Notes: generated by a model not told the origin, from the sequence alone. 64,000 bases of DNA from Neocallimastix sp. 'constans' (GCA_050613775.1 JBODTK010000102.1:434001-498000); one strand, 5' to 3'. Shown: positions 23,693 to 35,705, counted from the first letter of the stretch. A program made the numbers and translations.

Positions 23693-24781
23693 ATGAATCT
23701 AAATAGCAAATGCTTATTTATTACAATATTAATTTTTACAATAGTATATGTTAAATTAGATTATGCACTTTACGAACCAACATCGGAGGATCAAAGATTA
23801 TTATTACGCTGTAAGAATAGATGTTATAGTAATAATAGCTCATTAAAAAAGTTTTGTAAAACATGTCTTTCCTTAGGCATTCTAGATAACAAAAACGAAG
23901 AAGAAAATTCTACACGGAATTTAAACTTTAACATTCGTACTCCTCTTAGGGTTGCTTTATGTGCAATTGTAAAAAATGAAAATCCCTATATACGAGAATG
24001 GATCAATTATTACAAAGATATGGGGATAGATAAAATCTTATTGTATGACAATAATGATATCGATGGTGAAAGATTAGAAGATGTAATTAAAGACTATATA
24101 GAAAATAAATTTGTTAATGTATTTAATAGAAGAGGAATCATTATACAAAATAGGGCGTATGGAAAATCAACACAAGGGTTAGCGTATCATAGTTGCTATT
24201 ATAATAATTATAAAAATTATGATTGGATTGCTTTTTTCGATATTGATGAATTTCTTTCAATTGATTATAAATATAATGATATTTTTGAATTTTTAAGCGA
24301 TTTCAATGATTATGATGGCATTAAAGTTCAGTGGAGAATGTTTGGAGATAACGGACAGTTATATTATGAAAATAAGCCGGTAATTGAGAGATTTTTAAGT
24401 AACAATAACTTTAAACATGACAGAACAGTTAAAAGTATAATCAAATGCAGAGATTATGATTTCAAATTATTATTTGGCGCACACGGATTTTCAAATAGAG
24501 CACCTGCTGTTGTAAATGTAAATAAAAATAGAGTTTATGGGTATCGTGATTCTAAAATTTATTATAATTTGCCAGTTTATTTGAATCATTTTTATTCTAA
24601 ATCTACTGAAGAATTTATTAAAAGAAAGTATAAAAAATCAGATGCAACTTTTGGTAATAAACATAATGGAAATTATCAAATAGATTCTTTAATGAAAAAG
24701 TATTTTCAATATAATAATGTTACTAAGGAGAAAATAGACTTATTCAATAATATTAAAAAGGAATTGGATGGAGTCGAGTAA
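23693..24781 (+). CDS. Glycosyltransferase, GT-A fold (GT2-like Glyco_tranf_2_4 / GT92-like), N-terminal signal anchor
   Basis: VALCAIVKNENPYIREWINYY..GIDKILLYDNND, YDWIAFFDIDEF (DxD), W.MFGD, KSII and LNHFYSKSTEEF motifs; hydrophobic residues 8-20; intact intronless 362 aa. Confidence 0.85.
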   Translation: MNLNSKCLFITILIFTIVYVKLDYALYEPTSEDQRLLLRCKNRCYSNNSSLKKFCKTCLSLGILDNKNEEENSTRNLNFNIRTPLRVALCAIVKNENPYIREWINYYKDMGIDKILLYDNNDIDGERLEDVIKDYIENKFVNVFNRRGIIIQNRAYGKSTQGLAYHSCYYNNYKNYDWIAFFDIDEFLSIDYKYNDIFEFLSDFNDYDGIKVQWRMFGDNGQLYYENKPVIERFLSNNNFKHDRTVKSIIKCRDYDFKLLFGAHGFSNRAPAVVNVNKNRVYGYRDSKIYYNLPVYLNHFYSKSTEEFIKRKYKKSDATFGNKHNGNYQIDSLMKKYFQYNNVTKEKIDLFNNIKKELDGVE

Positions 24782-26699
24782 ACATTAAAATTTATTACTT
24801 TTATATGTAATTTCAACAAAAATTAAATATTAGAAAGGAATATAAAAAGTATCTATAATTAATTTTCTATAGAGGATATAAAAAATAATTAAAATTAAGT
24901 ATAGGTATTCAAAGATAAACAAATATATTTTTTCAGAATGTTTAGGTTTAGTAGGGAATATGTGAAATACGTGAAATGTAAAATGTTTTTATAATGTTTA
25001 ATAATCATGTGTTATATAATTAAATATATAAGCCACAAATTATTCACATGAGTAAAATTAATTATATTATATCTATGTTATTAAACCATTTATTCATATG
25101 TATTCAACCAATCAAAAGTGTTTATTATAATAATTTTTTATAAGTATTATTTAAATATGGGATAGGATTTGGGCTAGTGTTATATAACATAACTATATAA
25201 TATTATTGAAATAATTATTATTTATTCAATTTTAAATAAATGTTTTATAGAATACTATTTAAAATTGTTAATAATTATTACATATTAAATATTAATTATA
25301 ATAAAAATTATATTATATATTATTATATAATAAATATTAAATATTATAAAATTTTTATTATATTTTATATATTTTAATAATTATATCTTATATCTTATAA
25401 ATAATTTTATTATATATTTCAGATAATTTTATTATTTATTTTGCCAATAATATTTATATCATACTATTCATTTTTAATAATTAAATTTTTAAATTATTTA
25501 ATTTTACCTTTATTTGTAAAATTAACTAATTTTTATTGGTTAATAAAAAATATTTAAATTAAATTTTAATTTATTTTAATCTTCTTAATATAAGGATAAA
25601 AAAATTAAAAAAAAAAAAATTATTTTATATTCCAGGTACTATTTTGGTTGTTAGTTTGTGAGCTAGCCTGAATTAATGCTTTTATTGATTTATTTATATA
25701 TATTTTTACTTTTCATATCAACAGATGACAGGAATGATTCATATTTATTATTTATTATTATTTATTATTATTTTAATATTCCTACTAATAATATATATTA
25801 TTATCTATTATTATTTAAGAATTTATTACTAATTAACATTTATTATTAATTTGTTTATTGTAATAATTATTTATTTGTAATTCATTTTTTGTTATGTAAT
25901 CAATAATATTATTATTTATTATTTATGATTTATTATATTTAATTTATTATTAAATGTTAATTGTCATTATTATTAATAGTGGTTTTACTAATTTTCAATT
26001 AATTTGACTGTTTTTAAGTTCTAATTTGAATAATTACATATACATATAAATCTTATTATTTTTTTTATTAATTCTGTTTTTTTTATTTTTTAATAAAAAT
26101 TAAATAATAAAGAAGTCATGTAATTAATAAATTAATAATTGAATAAAGTTTTATTCTAAAGTTCTCCATAATTACATCACTAAAAAAAGTATTTAATATT
26201 AATTATTTATAATGATCATTTTTATTATTTTTTCATAATAGCTTTTTTTTTTTTTTTTTATTTTTTTCTTTGTTAAATTTTTATATTATTGATGAAATTT
26301 AAAATAACTAAATCATTTAATGAATTTCTAAAGACTTAAGAATAAAAAAATGCTAAAATAAAAACTTTTTTATATTATTTTAATTTTACTTGTATTTGAA
26401 ATTTTTTTTTATATATATAATCACAATTATTGTGAACTTTAAAACTTTATTTAATTATTTTTAATTTTAATAAAAAAAATAACGTATAAATATTCAAAAA
26501 AAAAATTTAATTTCTAATAATATAATTTTGGTTCATTTTTTCAAAATCAAATTGGTTAAAATGATTTCATGAATAATATAATAAACTATAAAAAAAATCC
26601 ATAATTTCAAATTATATATATATTTATTTTCATATTATGGAAAAAATATCAATTTATAATAAAAATCTCCTCTCTATATTTTTATTTTTTTTTGTTATT

Positions 26700-27190
26700 C
26701 TGAGTAATGAATAAAATAATTATTTAATAATTAATAATCAATTATTATTTATTATTTATTATTTATTATTTATTATCATTTATTACACATTTTTTATTAT
26801 TAATTATTTATTATTTATTACACAATATTTATTATTTATTATTTATTATTCAATTATTTATTATTCAATTATTCAATTATTTATTATTCAATTATTTATT
26901 ATTTATTATTTAATTATTTATTATTTATTATTTATTATTTATTATTATTTATATTTAATATATAATATTTATTTATTTATAATTTATTTATTATTATATT
27001 ATATATTATTCAATTATTTATTATTTATTAATCAATTATATATAATTTAATTCAATTATTTATTATTCATTATGTTGATTATATATTATATATTATTCAA
27101 TTATATATTATTTATTAATCAATTTTATATTATTTATTATTCAATTATATATTATTTATAATTTATTATTTATTATTTATTACTTTATAT
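26700..27190. repeat. Low-complexity (ttattta/ttattcaa)n tract
   Basis: Degenerate short-period A/T repeats. Confidence 0.7.
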
Positions 27191-27341
27191 ATATACTTTA
27201 TCCTTTAGATTTATAATTAAATAATAGAAAAATGTAAATCAAATATTTATGTAAAAATTTAATATGTAAATCATCATTATTTATATTAATACATAATTCA
27301 ATGTAAAACATCTGATTTATCTTGTGTATATAAATAATTTC

Positions 27342-27726
27342 TGATATAAAACAAATATGTGTAGTAACATATTTGTATATTTAATAATAATTATTAAATA
27401 TTAAATTTATATCTTTTTGATAATAATTATTTTATTTTATTTTATTTCAATATGTATTATTATAATTATAATAATAATTATAATACTTTATTTCATATAA
27501 AATTTATATAGTTCTATATATTAGAATATATAATTAATATATTACCTATTTCTTATAAATTAAATTATTTATATTAGAAATAGAGAACTCTCTTGTAATT
27601 TTTTAGGAATTAGAATTATTATTTTAATTGTACGAATATTATAATATTATTAATAAAATATACTAAACTACCATTATTTAAAACCCACTGCTTATAAATT
27701 ATTGCACATAAAAGTCCCGTATATCA
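27342..27726 (+). repeat. 5' LTR (385 bp)
   Basis: Identical by eye to 30272-30656; TG...CA ends. Confidence 0.95.
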
Positions 27727-27731
27727 AAAAT

Positions 27732-27750
27732 TGGTGGAGATATCGGGGAT
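27732..27750 (+). other. Primer-binding site, tRNA-Ala 3' end type
   Basis: TGGTGGAGATATCGGGGAT is complementary (one mismatch) to the typical eukaryotic tRNA-Ala 3' end ...AUCCCCGGCAUCUCCACCA. Confidence 0.75.
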
Positions 27751-28069
27751 GTGCTGTGAAAAAAATAATTTATAAGTAGTGGTGTTTAGTAATTTTGTTG
27801 AATAATTATAAATCCGTATATATTTACATAAATTCTCTTCAGTTAGGATTAATTAAAATACACTGTTTAGGATATAAATTTTTAATTTTTTTATTGGCTA
27901 TTTATAATTATTTTATCTTTGGTGAAGAGAAAGTTATACACTATTTGTTATTTCATTCATTTTAGTACAATTTAAATAAATTGTTTTAAAATAAATAAGA
28001 ATTCGGAATATTTTATAATTATATTAAATAATAATATATATATATAAACATTATAATTGTATATATAAG

Positions 28070-28116
<47 letters not shown>

Positions 28117-28161
28117 AATTTAATAAATAAGTATTATTATTTTTAAAATTAATTGCTAATA

Positions 28162-29226
28162 ATGAGGAATAGTAATTCTACTGGCAATCGAGTAGATACT
28201 GGGACTCTTCCAAGAATTGGTGGATCTCGTAGAGACGCAGAAACCTGGAAGTTTAAAATTATTGATTGGTTTAAAAGGGAAGGTATTACTACCGATGAGA
28301 ATAAATATAGTTATATAATTACGGCTGTTGAAGATGACATCGTAAGGGTACTTATGGAAAAAGAAAAAGAAGTAAATAGAGCTCTTACTTTGGATGAATG
28401 TGTTAAATTAATTAAAAAGAAATATTGGAGGGAGAATTTGAAAGAAGATAAACTACGTCAATTAAAAAAAATTATTATAACCCCTAATGAAAGTGTTTTT
28501 GATTTTAATACTAGATTTTTGGAACTATACGATCAATTGGATTTCGACGATAAGTCTTTTATATCAGTTATTGATTATGAAAATGCATTACAACCAAGAG
28601 GTAGAATATATGAAATGGTTGCTATGACTGATGTTGATAATCTAGAGGATGCCTGTAGATTAGCCGAAAAATTTGAAAGTATAATAAACAAATCTCGAGT
28701 AGGCAATGAAATATGGGGTTCTTATACTACTAATATTAAGAATAATTATAATGGTGTAATAAACTATGGCCAAATTGAAAGATCAAATTATAAAAATAAT
28801 TTTTCTGATAAATATATTAAAAATGCATCTAATATATGGATTAGAAATAATATTAGAAATCATAGGAATTTTAGGAATTATCCTATAAATATTGTGACTC
28901 AAGGAATACAAAATAATAACTTAAATAAATATACTAAACCTAGGCAAAACACTTACAATTATTATAGATTTAGTGTAGATAATGATAATAACAGTAATTT
29001 AAATGTTAGTAATGATAATAATATATCAAACCATTATAGAAATCGGAAAATTTTAAAATCAAATTTAAAAATTAGTTCATCAAATAGTTCAACAAATAAT
29101 AATAAAGTAAACAGTAATAATGATAAAAATAATAGCAATATTAATAATGTTAATGAAAACATAATTAATAATAATTCAATTAATAATATCATCAATAATG
29201 GTATATCTAACTTGGATACCAATAAT

Positions 29227-29283
<57 letters not shown>

Positions 29284-30180
29284 TATAATAATAATGATAA
29301 TGATAATAATGATGATATTTATAATAATAAAAATAATAAAAATAAAAATAACACTTTGAATAACATAGTAAATGTGGAACAAAATAAATTATACGCGTTC
29401 AAAATGGATAATTTCAGAAAAAAAAATTACAAAATAAGAAATGCCAATAATGGAAAATTTGAAACAAATAGTAATATTATAATAACTAAAGAAGAAAATA
29501 AAAATAGTTTCGCTGGTAATACAGATATTAAGAAAAATCAAAATAATAATATGGAAATTAATAGTATGGTAACAATAAATATTAAAACTATTGATAATAA
29601 TGAAAATATTAATTCAAATAGTAAAAAGAATAAAGATAATAATGATATTATTGGGAATTCTGAAAATATAATTAACAAGAGAAATAGTAATAAAAATATA
29701 AAAGAAGTAATAAATATTAATGAACCTTTAAAAGTTGAAAACATTAACAATAGAACTAATAAATCTATAACTCCTAGTTTAGTAATAGAATCAAAAGTTA
29801 TTATTAATAAAAATTCAAAAATAAACAATACTCAAATTATTCCAAATAATAATAAAAATAAGCAATTTACAAATAAAGTGAATTCAGTTAATAATAATAT
29901 TTATATAAAAGAAAGAAAAATTATTAACAAAAATTCTCCGATAGATGAATTTAGTAAAGTTGTTAATGTTGGTAGTGCTAACATAATAAAAATTAATAAA
30001 ATTAAAAAGATAATTAAAATTCCAAATATTCGTATTCAAAATAACAATAAAAATAAAATAAATATTAATAAAATTTTTATGCCCAAACCTGAGATTATGT
30101 TAAAAGATATTATTATTTATAGCAACAATCGCATTGATACAAAACGAACAAATAGGAATTATAAATATAAAAGAAAATAA
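28162..30180 (+). CDS. gag: Gag-like capsid protein with ~490-aa Asn/Lys/Ile-rich low-complexity tail
   Basis: First ATG at 28162. LPRIGG..DAETWKFKI.DWF and ESVFDFNTRFLEL resemble the Ty3-type capsid/major homology region. Lies between PBS and 3' LTR. (AAT)n tract ~29221-29310. Confidence 0.75.
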
Positions 30181-30271
30181 AATTTTAAAATTATTATTTA
30201 TATTAATTAAACCTTATATTTCCTTTTATAAAAAAAAATATATATAGTTTAATTTTTAGCAAGGGCATTTC

Positions 30272-30656
30272 TGATATAAAACAAATATGTGTAGTAACAT
30301 ATTTGTATATTTAATAATAATTATTAAATATTAAATTTATATCTTTTTGATAATAATTATTTTATTTTATTTTATTTCAATATGTATTATTATAATTATA
30401 ATAATAATTATAATACTTTATTTCATATAAAATTTATATAGTTCTATATATTAGAATATATAATTAATATATTACCTATTTCTTATAAATTAAATTATTT
30501 ATATTAGAAATAGAGAACTCTCTTGTAATTTTTTAGGAATTAGAATTATTATTTTAATTGTACGAATATTATAATATTATTAATAAAATATACTAAACTA
30601 CCATTATTTAAAACCCACTGCTTATAAATTATTGCACATAAAAGTCCCGTATATCA
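30272..30656 (+). repeat. 3' LTR (385 bp)
   Basis: Direct repeat of 27342-27726, followed by TTTC. Confidence 0.95.
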
Positions 30657-31095
30657 TTTCCTTATTCACGTGAAATAATTACAAAGTTTATAAAATATTG
30701 TTTATTCTTTATAGGTGCATTTTGACATAATTTATGTATAATCATTGGGGAGTGTGTATTTCGAAAATTTTTATTACAAAAATTTGTATTTTGTTGTATG
30801 GCTTAAATATTTTTAATTTTAAGCCACTTTATTTTATTAAAATTTTAATAAATAATAATTAATTAATTAAATAAATAAAATTACAATTCTCAAAAATTTT
30901 CAAGCACGTAATCTTACGTGGGGCGTATATCTAATTGAATCATAATTTTGTGGCTTTTTTCTACAATTTTTAAAAAGCTATATATTCACAATATGGTTTG
31001 AATAATAATTGTGTTGATATTTTATGACGTAAATTTATAAGCCACCAAAAATTTGGCGAAATTCATCTGGACGAAATTCAACTTTTCGCGAAATA

Positions 31096-31286
31096 TTTTA
31101 AACACTAAAATTATAGAAGTACACTTATAAAGTATGTAACATTAATATAGCATTTTTATTTATTATATAAAAACAAGATTAACTACATTTTTATGAACTA
31201 TTTGTAATTTTCTTATCTTATTTTGTTTGTATTTAAAATATGATTGGTAGATACTATGTTCGACACATTAATATTGTCGTTTAACA
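31096..31286 (-). repeat. E1 3' LTR (191 bp)
   Basis: Matches 36256-36441 except for a 5-bp indel and one substitution. Confidence 0.95.
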
Positions 31287-31331
31287 CTCCCCCTCAAATC
31301 TAACTATCCGTAAAGATATATGAGATTTGTC

Positions 31332-33230
31332 TCAGTGGTCTTTCACTTCCGTGAGTAGTGAATTTCTAAATTTGTCCATTAGGGAGTTACAAAGATACTT
31401 TGTAAATCCATCGGCTAGATTTTCTTTAGAATTAATATATTTTAAATTTATTTTATTTTCCTTAATAAGTTCCCTTACGTGATGATATTTGATGTCGATA
31501 TGCTTTGATCTTGAGTTTATTGATTGATTCTGACAGTTGTATATTGCGGCCCTATTATCAATGTTAATGGTAACGGAATTTATATTTACATTCAATTCGT
31601 TTAATATGTTCATGTACCATAGGCTATGCTTTGCACACTCACTAACACCATAATATTCCGATTCAGCAGTAGATGTCGCTACACACTTCTGTTGCTTAGA
31701 ATACCAACTAGTTGGCGCATTTCCAATCTTCATCAAGAATCCAGAGGTTGACTTTCTCGATTCGGTGTCGCCCGCGAAATCTGCATCTACGTATACCTTC
31801 AACGACCTTTCCTTTGTGAATTTTATCCCGTAGTTTATAGTATAACTCAGATACTTGAATATTCGTTCAACATTGGCCCAATCCTCTAAAGTTGGATTGT
31901 TATTCTTTCTGGCAGCCCTGCTTACGGCGAACATTATATCAGGCCTAGTACAGACAGCTAGATAGATTAATTTTCCAATTGCACTCCTATATAAGGTTTC
32001 GTCGCACTTTCTTTTTCTTAAATTAAGATTCTCAATGGGTTTCAAGTTTTTAACGGGTAAGCAATCTTTTAGTTTAAACTTAACTAATAATTCTTTTATG
32101 TAACCTCGTTGTTGCATGAAATATCCATCGTAATATTTTTTAAATTTTATTCCAATGACGAAATCAATATCACCTATATCTTTAATATTAAAATATACTT
32201 TAATTTGTTCTTTTACATATAAAATTTCTTTTTGTTTACCTATCAGTAATATATCATCTACGTAGACCGCTACAATACATAGAACCTCTTTTGGTTCGTT
32301 TTCCATGATGTATAGGCACGGTTCACTAATTAATCTTCGGAATCCAATCTTTGTGAGTGTGTTGTTCAGTGTCTCGTTCCATTCTCGGCCTGCCTGCTTT
32401 AATCCATACAAGTCTTTGTTGAGTTTTAAGAATCCTTTGTTGTGCATCGGGTGTCCCTTTGGTGCCTTGATATAAATGTTTTCATTTAGGTCGGCATTTA
32501 AGTATGCGGCGTTAACGTCAATTTGCATTATTCGGTAGTTTCTTTGTACTGCGAGAGCAACGATAATTCGTAGTGAGTCTAGTTTTAATGTGGGGGAGAA
32601 GGTGAAGATATAGTCTATTCCATACCTTTGAGTGAAGCCTCTAGCTACTAGACGGGCCTTTCTTTTTATGATATTCCCATCGGCGTCCATTTTATATTTT
32701 AGTACCCACTTACAGGATATGATATTAGCACCAGTAGGTAAGGATTTGGTGGTATTGAAAACCTTAAGTTTCTCCATATTCATAAGTTCCTCGTTTATGG
32801 CTTTTAACCAGTCGTCTTTGTCAGGTAGGCTAAAGATGTCATCAAAGTCATTTGGTTCTTTGAGTTTTTGATTATCATTACGTTTTCTGGTGTTTATTTG
32901 GTTTAATTCAGTGGTTGTGTCGTTTGTTTTGTTTTCATTGTGTGAGGAAATATTGTTATAATTTATCTTATTGCTGTTGTCGATTTGTCCATGCGAGTTT
33001 TGTGGATTGTAAGAAAAGTTATTAAAATTATTAAATTTGTTTAACATATAGGTGTTGCTCCCCCTGATTTCGGAAATTGGCATAAAGTTTGGGAAATTAC
33101 TAGGAATTGGGCGAGATATTTTGGAGTTTCCAGGAGTATCTTCGAAGAATTCGACTGAACGAGAGAGAACGATCTTATTATTAGCTATGTTCAGAATTTT
33201 ATAGGAATTAGTTAATTGGTGGTAACCCAA
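31332..33230 (-). CDS. pol: Copia Pol: reverse transcriptase + RNase H (frameshift-separated part)
   Basis: KARLVARGFTQ, QIDVNAAYLNA, LYGLKQAGREW, YVDD, YVDADFAGD, SKHIDIKYH. Confidence 0.95.
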   Translation of the reverse strand: MGYHQLTNSYKILNIANNKIVLSRSVEFFEDTPGNSKISRPIPSNFPNFMPISEIRGSNTYMLNKFNNFNNFSYNPQNSHGQIDNSNKINYNNISSHNENKTNDTTTELNQINTRKRNDNQKLKEPNDFDDIFSLPDKDDWLKAINEELMNMEKLKVFNTTKSLPTGANIISCKWVLKYKMDADGNIIKRKARLVARGFTQRYGIDYIFTFSPTLKLDSLRIIVALAVQRNYRIMQIDVNAAYLNADLNENIYIKAPKGHPMHNKGFLKLNKDLYGLKQAGREWNETLNNTLTKIGFRRLISEPCLYIMENEPKEVLCIVAVYVDDILLIGKQKEILYVKEQIKVYFNIKDIGDIDFVIGIKFKKYYDGYFMQQRGYIKELLVKFKLKDCLPVKNLKPIENLNLRKRKCDETLYRSAIGKLIYLAVCTRPDIMFAVSRAARKNNNPTLEDWANVERIFKYLSYTINYGIKFTKERSLKVYVDADFAGDTESRKSTSGFLMKIGNAPTSWYSKQQKCVATSTAESEYYGVSECAKHSLWYMNILNELNVNINSVTINIDNRAAIYNCQNQSINSRSKHIDIKYHHVRELIKENKINLKYINSKENLADGFTKYLCNSLMDKFRNSLLTEVKDH

Positions 33231-34234
33231 GAAGATACCTGGAAGGGAATTATTGTCGAATTTGTTTCGTTATGATTTAGGAACAAAGAAAAAGACCTTA
33301 CAACCGAAGACTTTAAAATGCGAATAATCCATTTTGGTTTTGAATAATAGTTCAAAAGGGATTTTGTTGTTGATGCCAGAGTGGGAATACGATTGTGTAT
33401 GTAATTAGCTGTGTCTACCGCGTATTCCCAGAATTCTTTACTAAGTTGTGAATCATTAAGTAGAGATTTAGCTGAACTTATGAGGGTGCCATTAAATCGT
33501 TCAGCTCTCCCATTCTGTTGAGGATTATGAGGGATAGTGAACTGTTGAACAATACCCCTCTGAGAGCAGAAATATTTGAATTTATTGTTCGTAAATTCCG
33601 TACCATTGTCGGTACGAATGTAAGTGATGGTCTTATTATGTATATTTTCAATAGATTTGACCCATAAAGTGAACTTTTCGAAAATGTCACTCTTGTTTTG
33701 GATGAAGAGGACCCAACCAAAACGAGAATAGTCATCAAGGATGGATAGGAAATATTTATTGGAATGAATAGATTCTACTACTGGACCCACTAGGTCCATG
33801 TGAATTAGTTCAAAAGGAGCTTTGGCTCTGTTGTTTGATTTCCGATGAGGTAAGTTTCTTTGTTTTGATTGAGAGCATATTGGACATTTAGATTTGATTT
33901 TAATTTTTAATAGTTTATTTTTAATAGGGTTAATGTTGAAGTGCCCAAGGCGTCTGTGCCATAAATTAATTTTATCTAATTTGTTTAGAGTAGAGAGGTG
34001 CATCAATAAGGTTTTGTCGTGTTTTGGTTCGTTGTTTGAAATTAGCTTGTTCGATAGCCATAAAGTAAAAATATTCTGGCTGTTTGAACTAACGTTAATG
34101 ATTCTTTTGCCGGAATCATTGTAAATGGTTAAATAAGGTTTGTTGTTGTAATTGAAAAATATAATTTTATAGTGTTGTTGGATAAGTTTGGTAACTGATA
34201 TTATATTTTTGTTTATGCCATCGACGTAGAACAC
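33212..34234 (-). CDS. pol: Copia Pol: GAG-pre-integrase and integrase core (frameshift-separated part)
   Basis: LWHRRLGH, CPIC, IHMDLVGP, RTDNGTEF, QQNGRAER; frame lost after NRIP. Confidence 0.93.
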   Translation of the reverse strand: MFYVDGINKNIISVTKLIQQHYKIIFFNYNNKPYLTIYNDSGKRIINVSSNSQNIFTLWLSNKLISNNEPKHDKTLLMHLSTLNKLDKINLWHRRLGHFNINPIKNKLLKIKIKSKCPICSQSKQRNLPHRKSNNRAKAPFELIHMDLVGPVVESIHSNKYFLSILDDYSRFGWVLFIQNKSDIFEKFTLWVKSIENIHNKTITYIRTDNGTEFTNNKFKYFCSQRGIVQQFTIPHNPQQNGRAERFNGTLISSAKSLLNDSQLSKEFWEYAVDTANYIHNRIPTLASTTKSLLNYYSKPKWIIRILKSSVVRSFSLFLNHNETNSTIIPFQVSSWVTTN

Positions 34235-34239
34235 GTTCT

Positions 34240-35505
34240 TTAATATAAATTTTGAATTGTCGATATATCCGGTAAAATTACCGTAAGCGGAGGCAACAAC
34301 TGTCTTACCGTTTGGGAGTATAACTTCTTCATTACATTTTTTAATATCTGTAAGTCAATACATCCTGTGATATGTATGGATGCTCCTGAGTCTATTATCC
34401 ATTGTGATATGTGGCTTTGTGGATAGTGGTTATTGCTGACAGTGTTTGTAACACAATTTAATAATATCCCATTTTCGGTATTACAGTCTTCGAAAATATC
34501 TTGAGGTTTTTCAATGGCGTTCACTTGATTCTTACGTTGGTTCCTAATATAATTGGAGGTACTTGGAATGTTGTTACAATAATTCTTTCTAAGGTTCTTT
34601 TTGAATGGTTTCCTTTTGAATCTGTATTTGGCCTTGTTTCTGCATTCATAAGAGTAATGTCCAAAAGTACCGCAGTTGAAGCATTTACCATTTTTTCTTT
34701 TTCTTGTTGTGATAACCTTAGAAATTTTGTTCCTATTCTTGGCTTGGGATTCAACTAGGAACAATTTGTTCTCTTCCATCTTGGATATCTCTCTAGTGTT
34801 GGAGAATATGATGTCTGGAATGACATCCTTAACGTAATTGCAGAGTAGCTTCCAATCATTTTTATATTGGAAAACATTTATAAACCTTAGGTTTTCAGGG
34901 AGTGACCTATTCAAAATACCAGCCTTGACAGGGTCACTTAACTCACAGTCAATATTTTCTAGCTCATCTATTGCGTTTTGGAGTTTAGCAATGAAAATGT
35001 TAATGTCGTCTTCTTCGTTGTATTTCAAATTATTTATTTTGCTTTTAATTTCAAGTTTCCTTTTCTCTGGACTCATTGTGAAGGACTTTTCTAATGTAAT
35101 CCATATTTGATGAGCTGTCTTTCCATTACCTTCAATTATTTTCTTTGTATTCTCTCCTAGGCTGTTGGTAATGATCCATTTTACCATCACATCGTTTTTT
35201 ATGTCTTTTAACGATGTGTTCTTATCGTATACTAGGCTGGGGTCAAACTTGTCTTCAAGGTAGTTGTCAAGGTCATCCCTGAGATTTCTTTTTCTAAGTT
35301 TCTTTATTTTTTCTTCTATTACGTATCCTTCTAGGTTGTTAATCATCAGTAGATATAGAATGTTCGTTCTCCAGCTGGGGTAATTTTCTGTAGATAGTTC
35401 AATAATACGATTGAAATTTTCCGAGTAATTGAACGTGATACCTTTTGTTAAGGTTTCATCTGTGTCATCAATAATTATAGGTACGTTGTTTCTGTTTCTA
35501 CTCAT
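34240..35505 (-). CDS. gag: Copia Gag + start of protease
   Basis: NYPSW, zinc knuckle CFNCGTFGHYSYEC, protease WIIDSGASIH followed by a frameshift. Confidence 0.92.
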   Translation of the reverse strand: MSRNRNNVPIIIDDTDETLTKGITFNYSENFNRIIELSTENYPSWRTNILYLLMINNLEGYVIEEKIKKLRKRNLRDDLDNYLEDKFDPSLVYDKNTSLKDIKNDVMVKWIITNSLGENTKKIIEGNGKTAHQIWITLEKSFTMSPEKRKLEIKSKINNLKYNEEDDINIFIAKLQNAIDELENIDCELSDPVKAGILNRSLPENLRFINVFQYKNDWKLLCNYVKDVIPDIIFSNTREISKMEENKLFLVESQAKNRNKISKVITTRKRKNGKCFNCGTFGHYSYECRNKAKYRFKRKPFKKNLRKNYCNNIPSTSNYIRNQRKNQVNAIEKPQDIFEDCNTENGILLNCVTNTVSNNHYPQSHISQWIIDSGASIHITGCIDLQILKNVMKKLYSQTVRQLLPPLTVILPDISTIQNLY

Positions 35506-35705
35506 ATTGTTATCTCCCTTTTGAATTTTTGAATAAATGTTTTCTTGATAAAAAATTTTTTTTTTTGTTCGTTTACTAAGTCTTTGAGAACTTTATGTTA
35601 GCATATGATGTGATTGAATATTGAATGTTTGTTTGTTTTATTTTATTATATTATTTAATTTAATTGGTTAAAATACTATTAGTTGATTTGTTGAATGATT
35701 AATAC

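Larger units (their letters stand above)
27342..30656 (+). mobile_element. Gag-only non-autonomous LTR retrotransposon (Ty3/Gypsy-like)
   Basis: Two 385-bp LTRs (TGATATA...TATATCA), 4-bp TSD TTTC, PBS after the 5' LTR, a single gag-like ORF and no pol. Confidence 0.9.

Noticed and set aside
29034..29828. Minus-strand Ile/Leu-rich ORFs
   Set aside because: Antisense reading of (AAT)n-rich gag tail.
33200..34360. Programmed frameshifts in E1
   Set aside because: The shifts fall inside protease and integrase, not at a gag-pol border; more likely decay or assembly indels.
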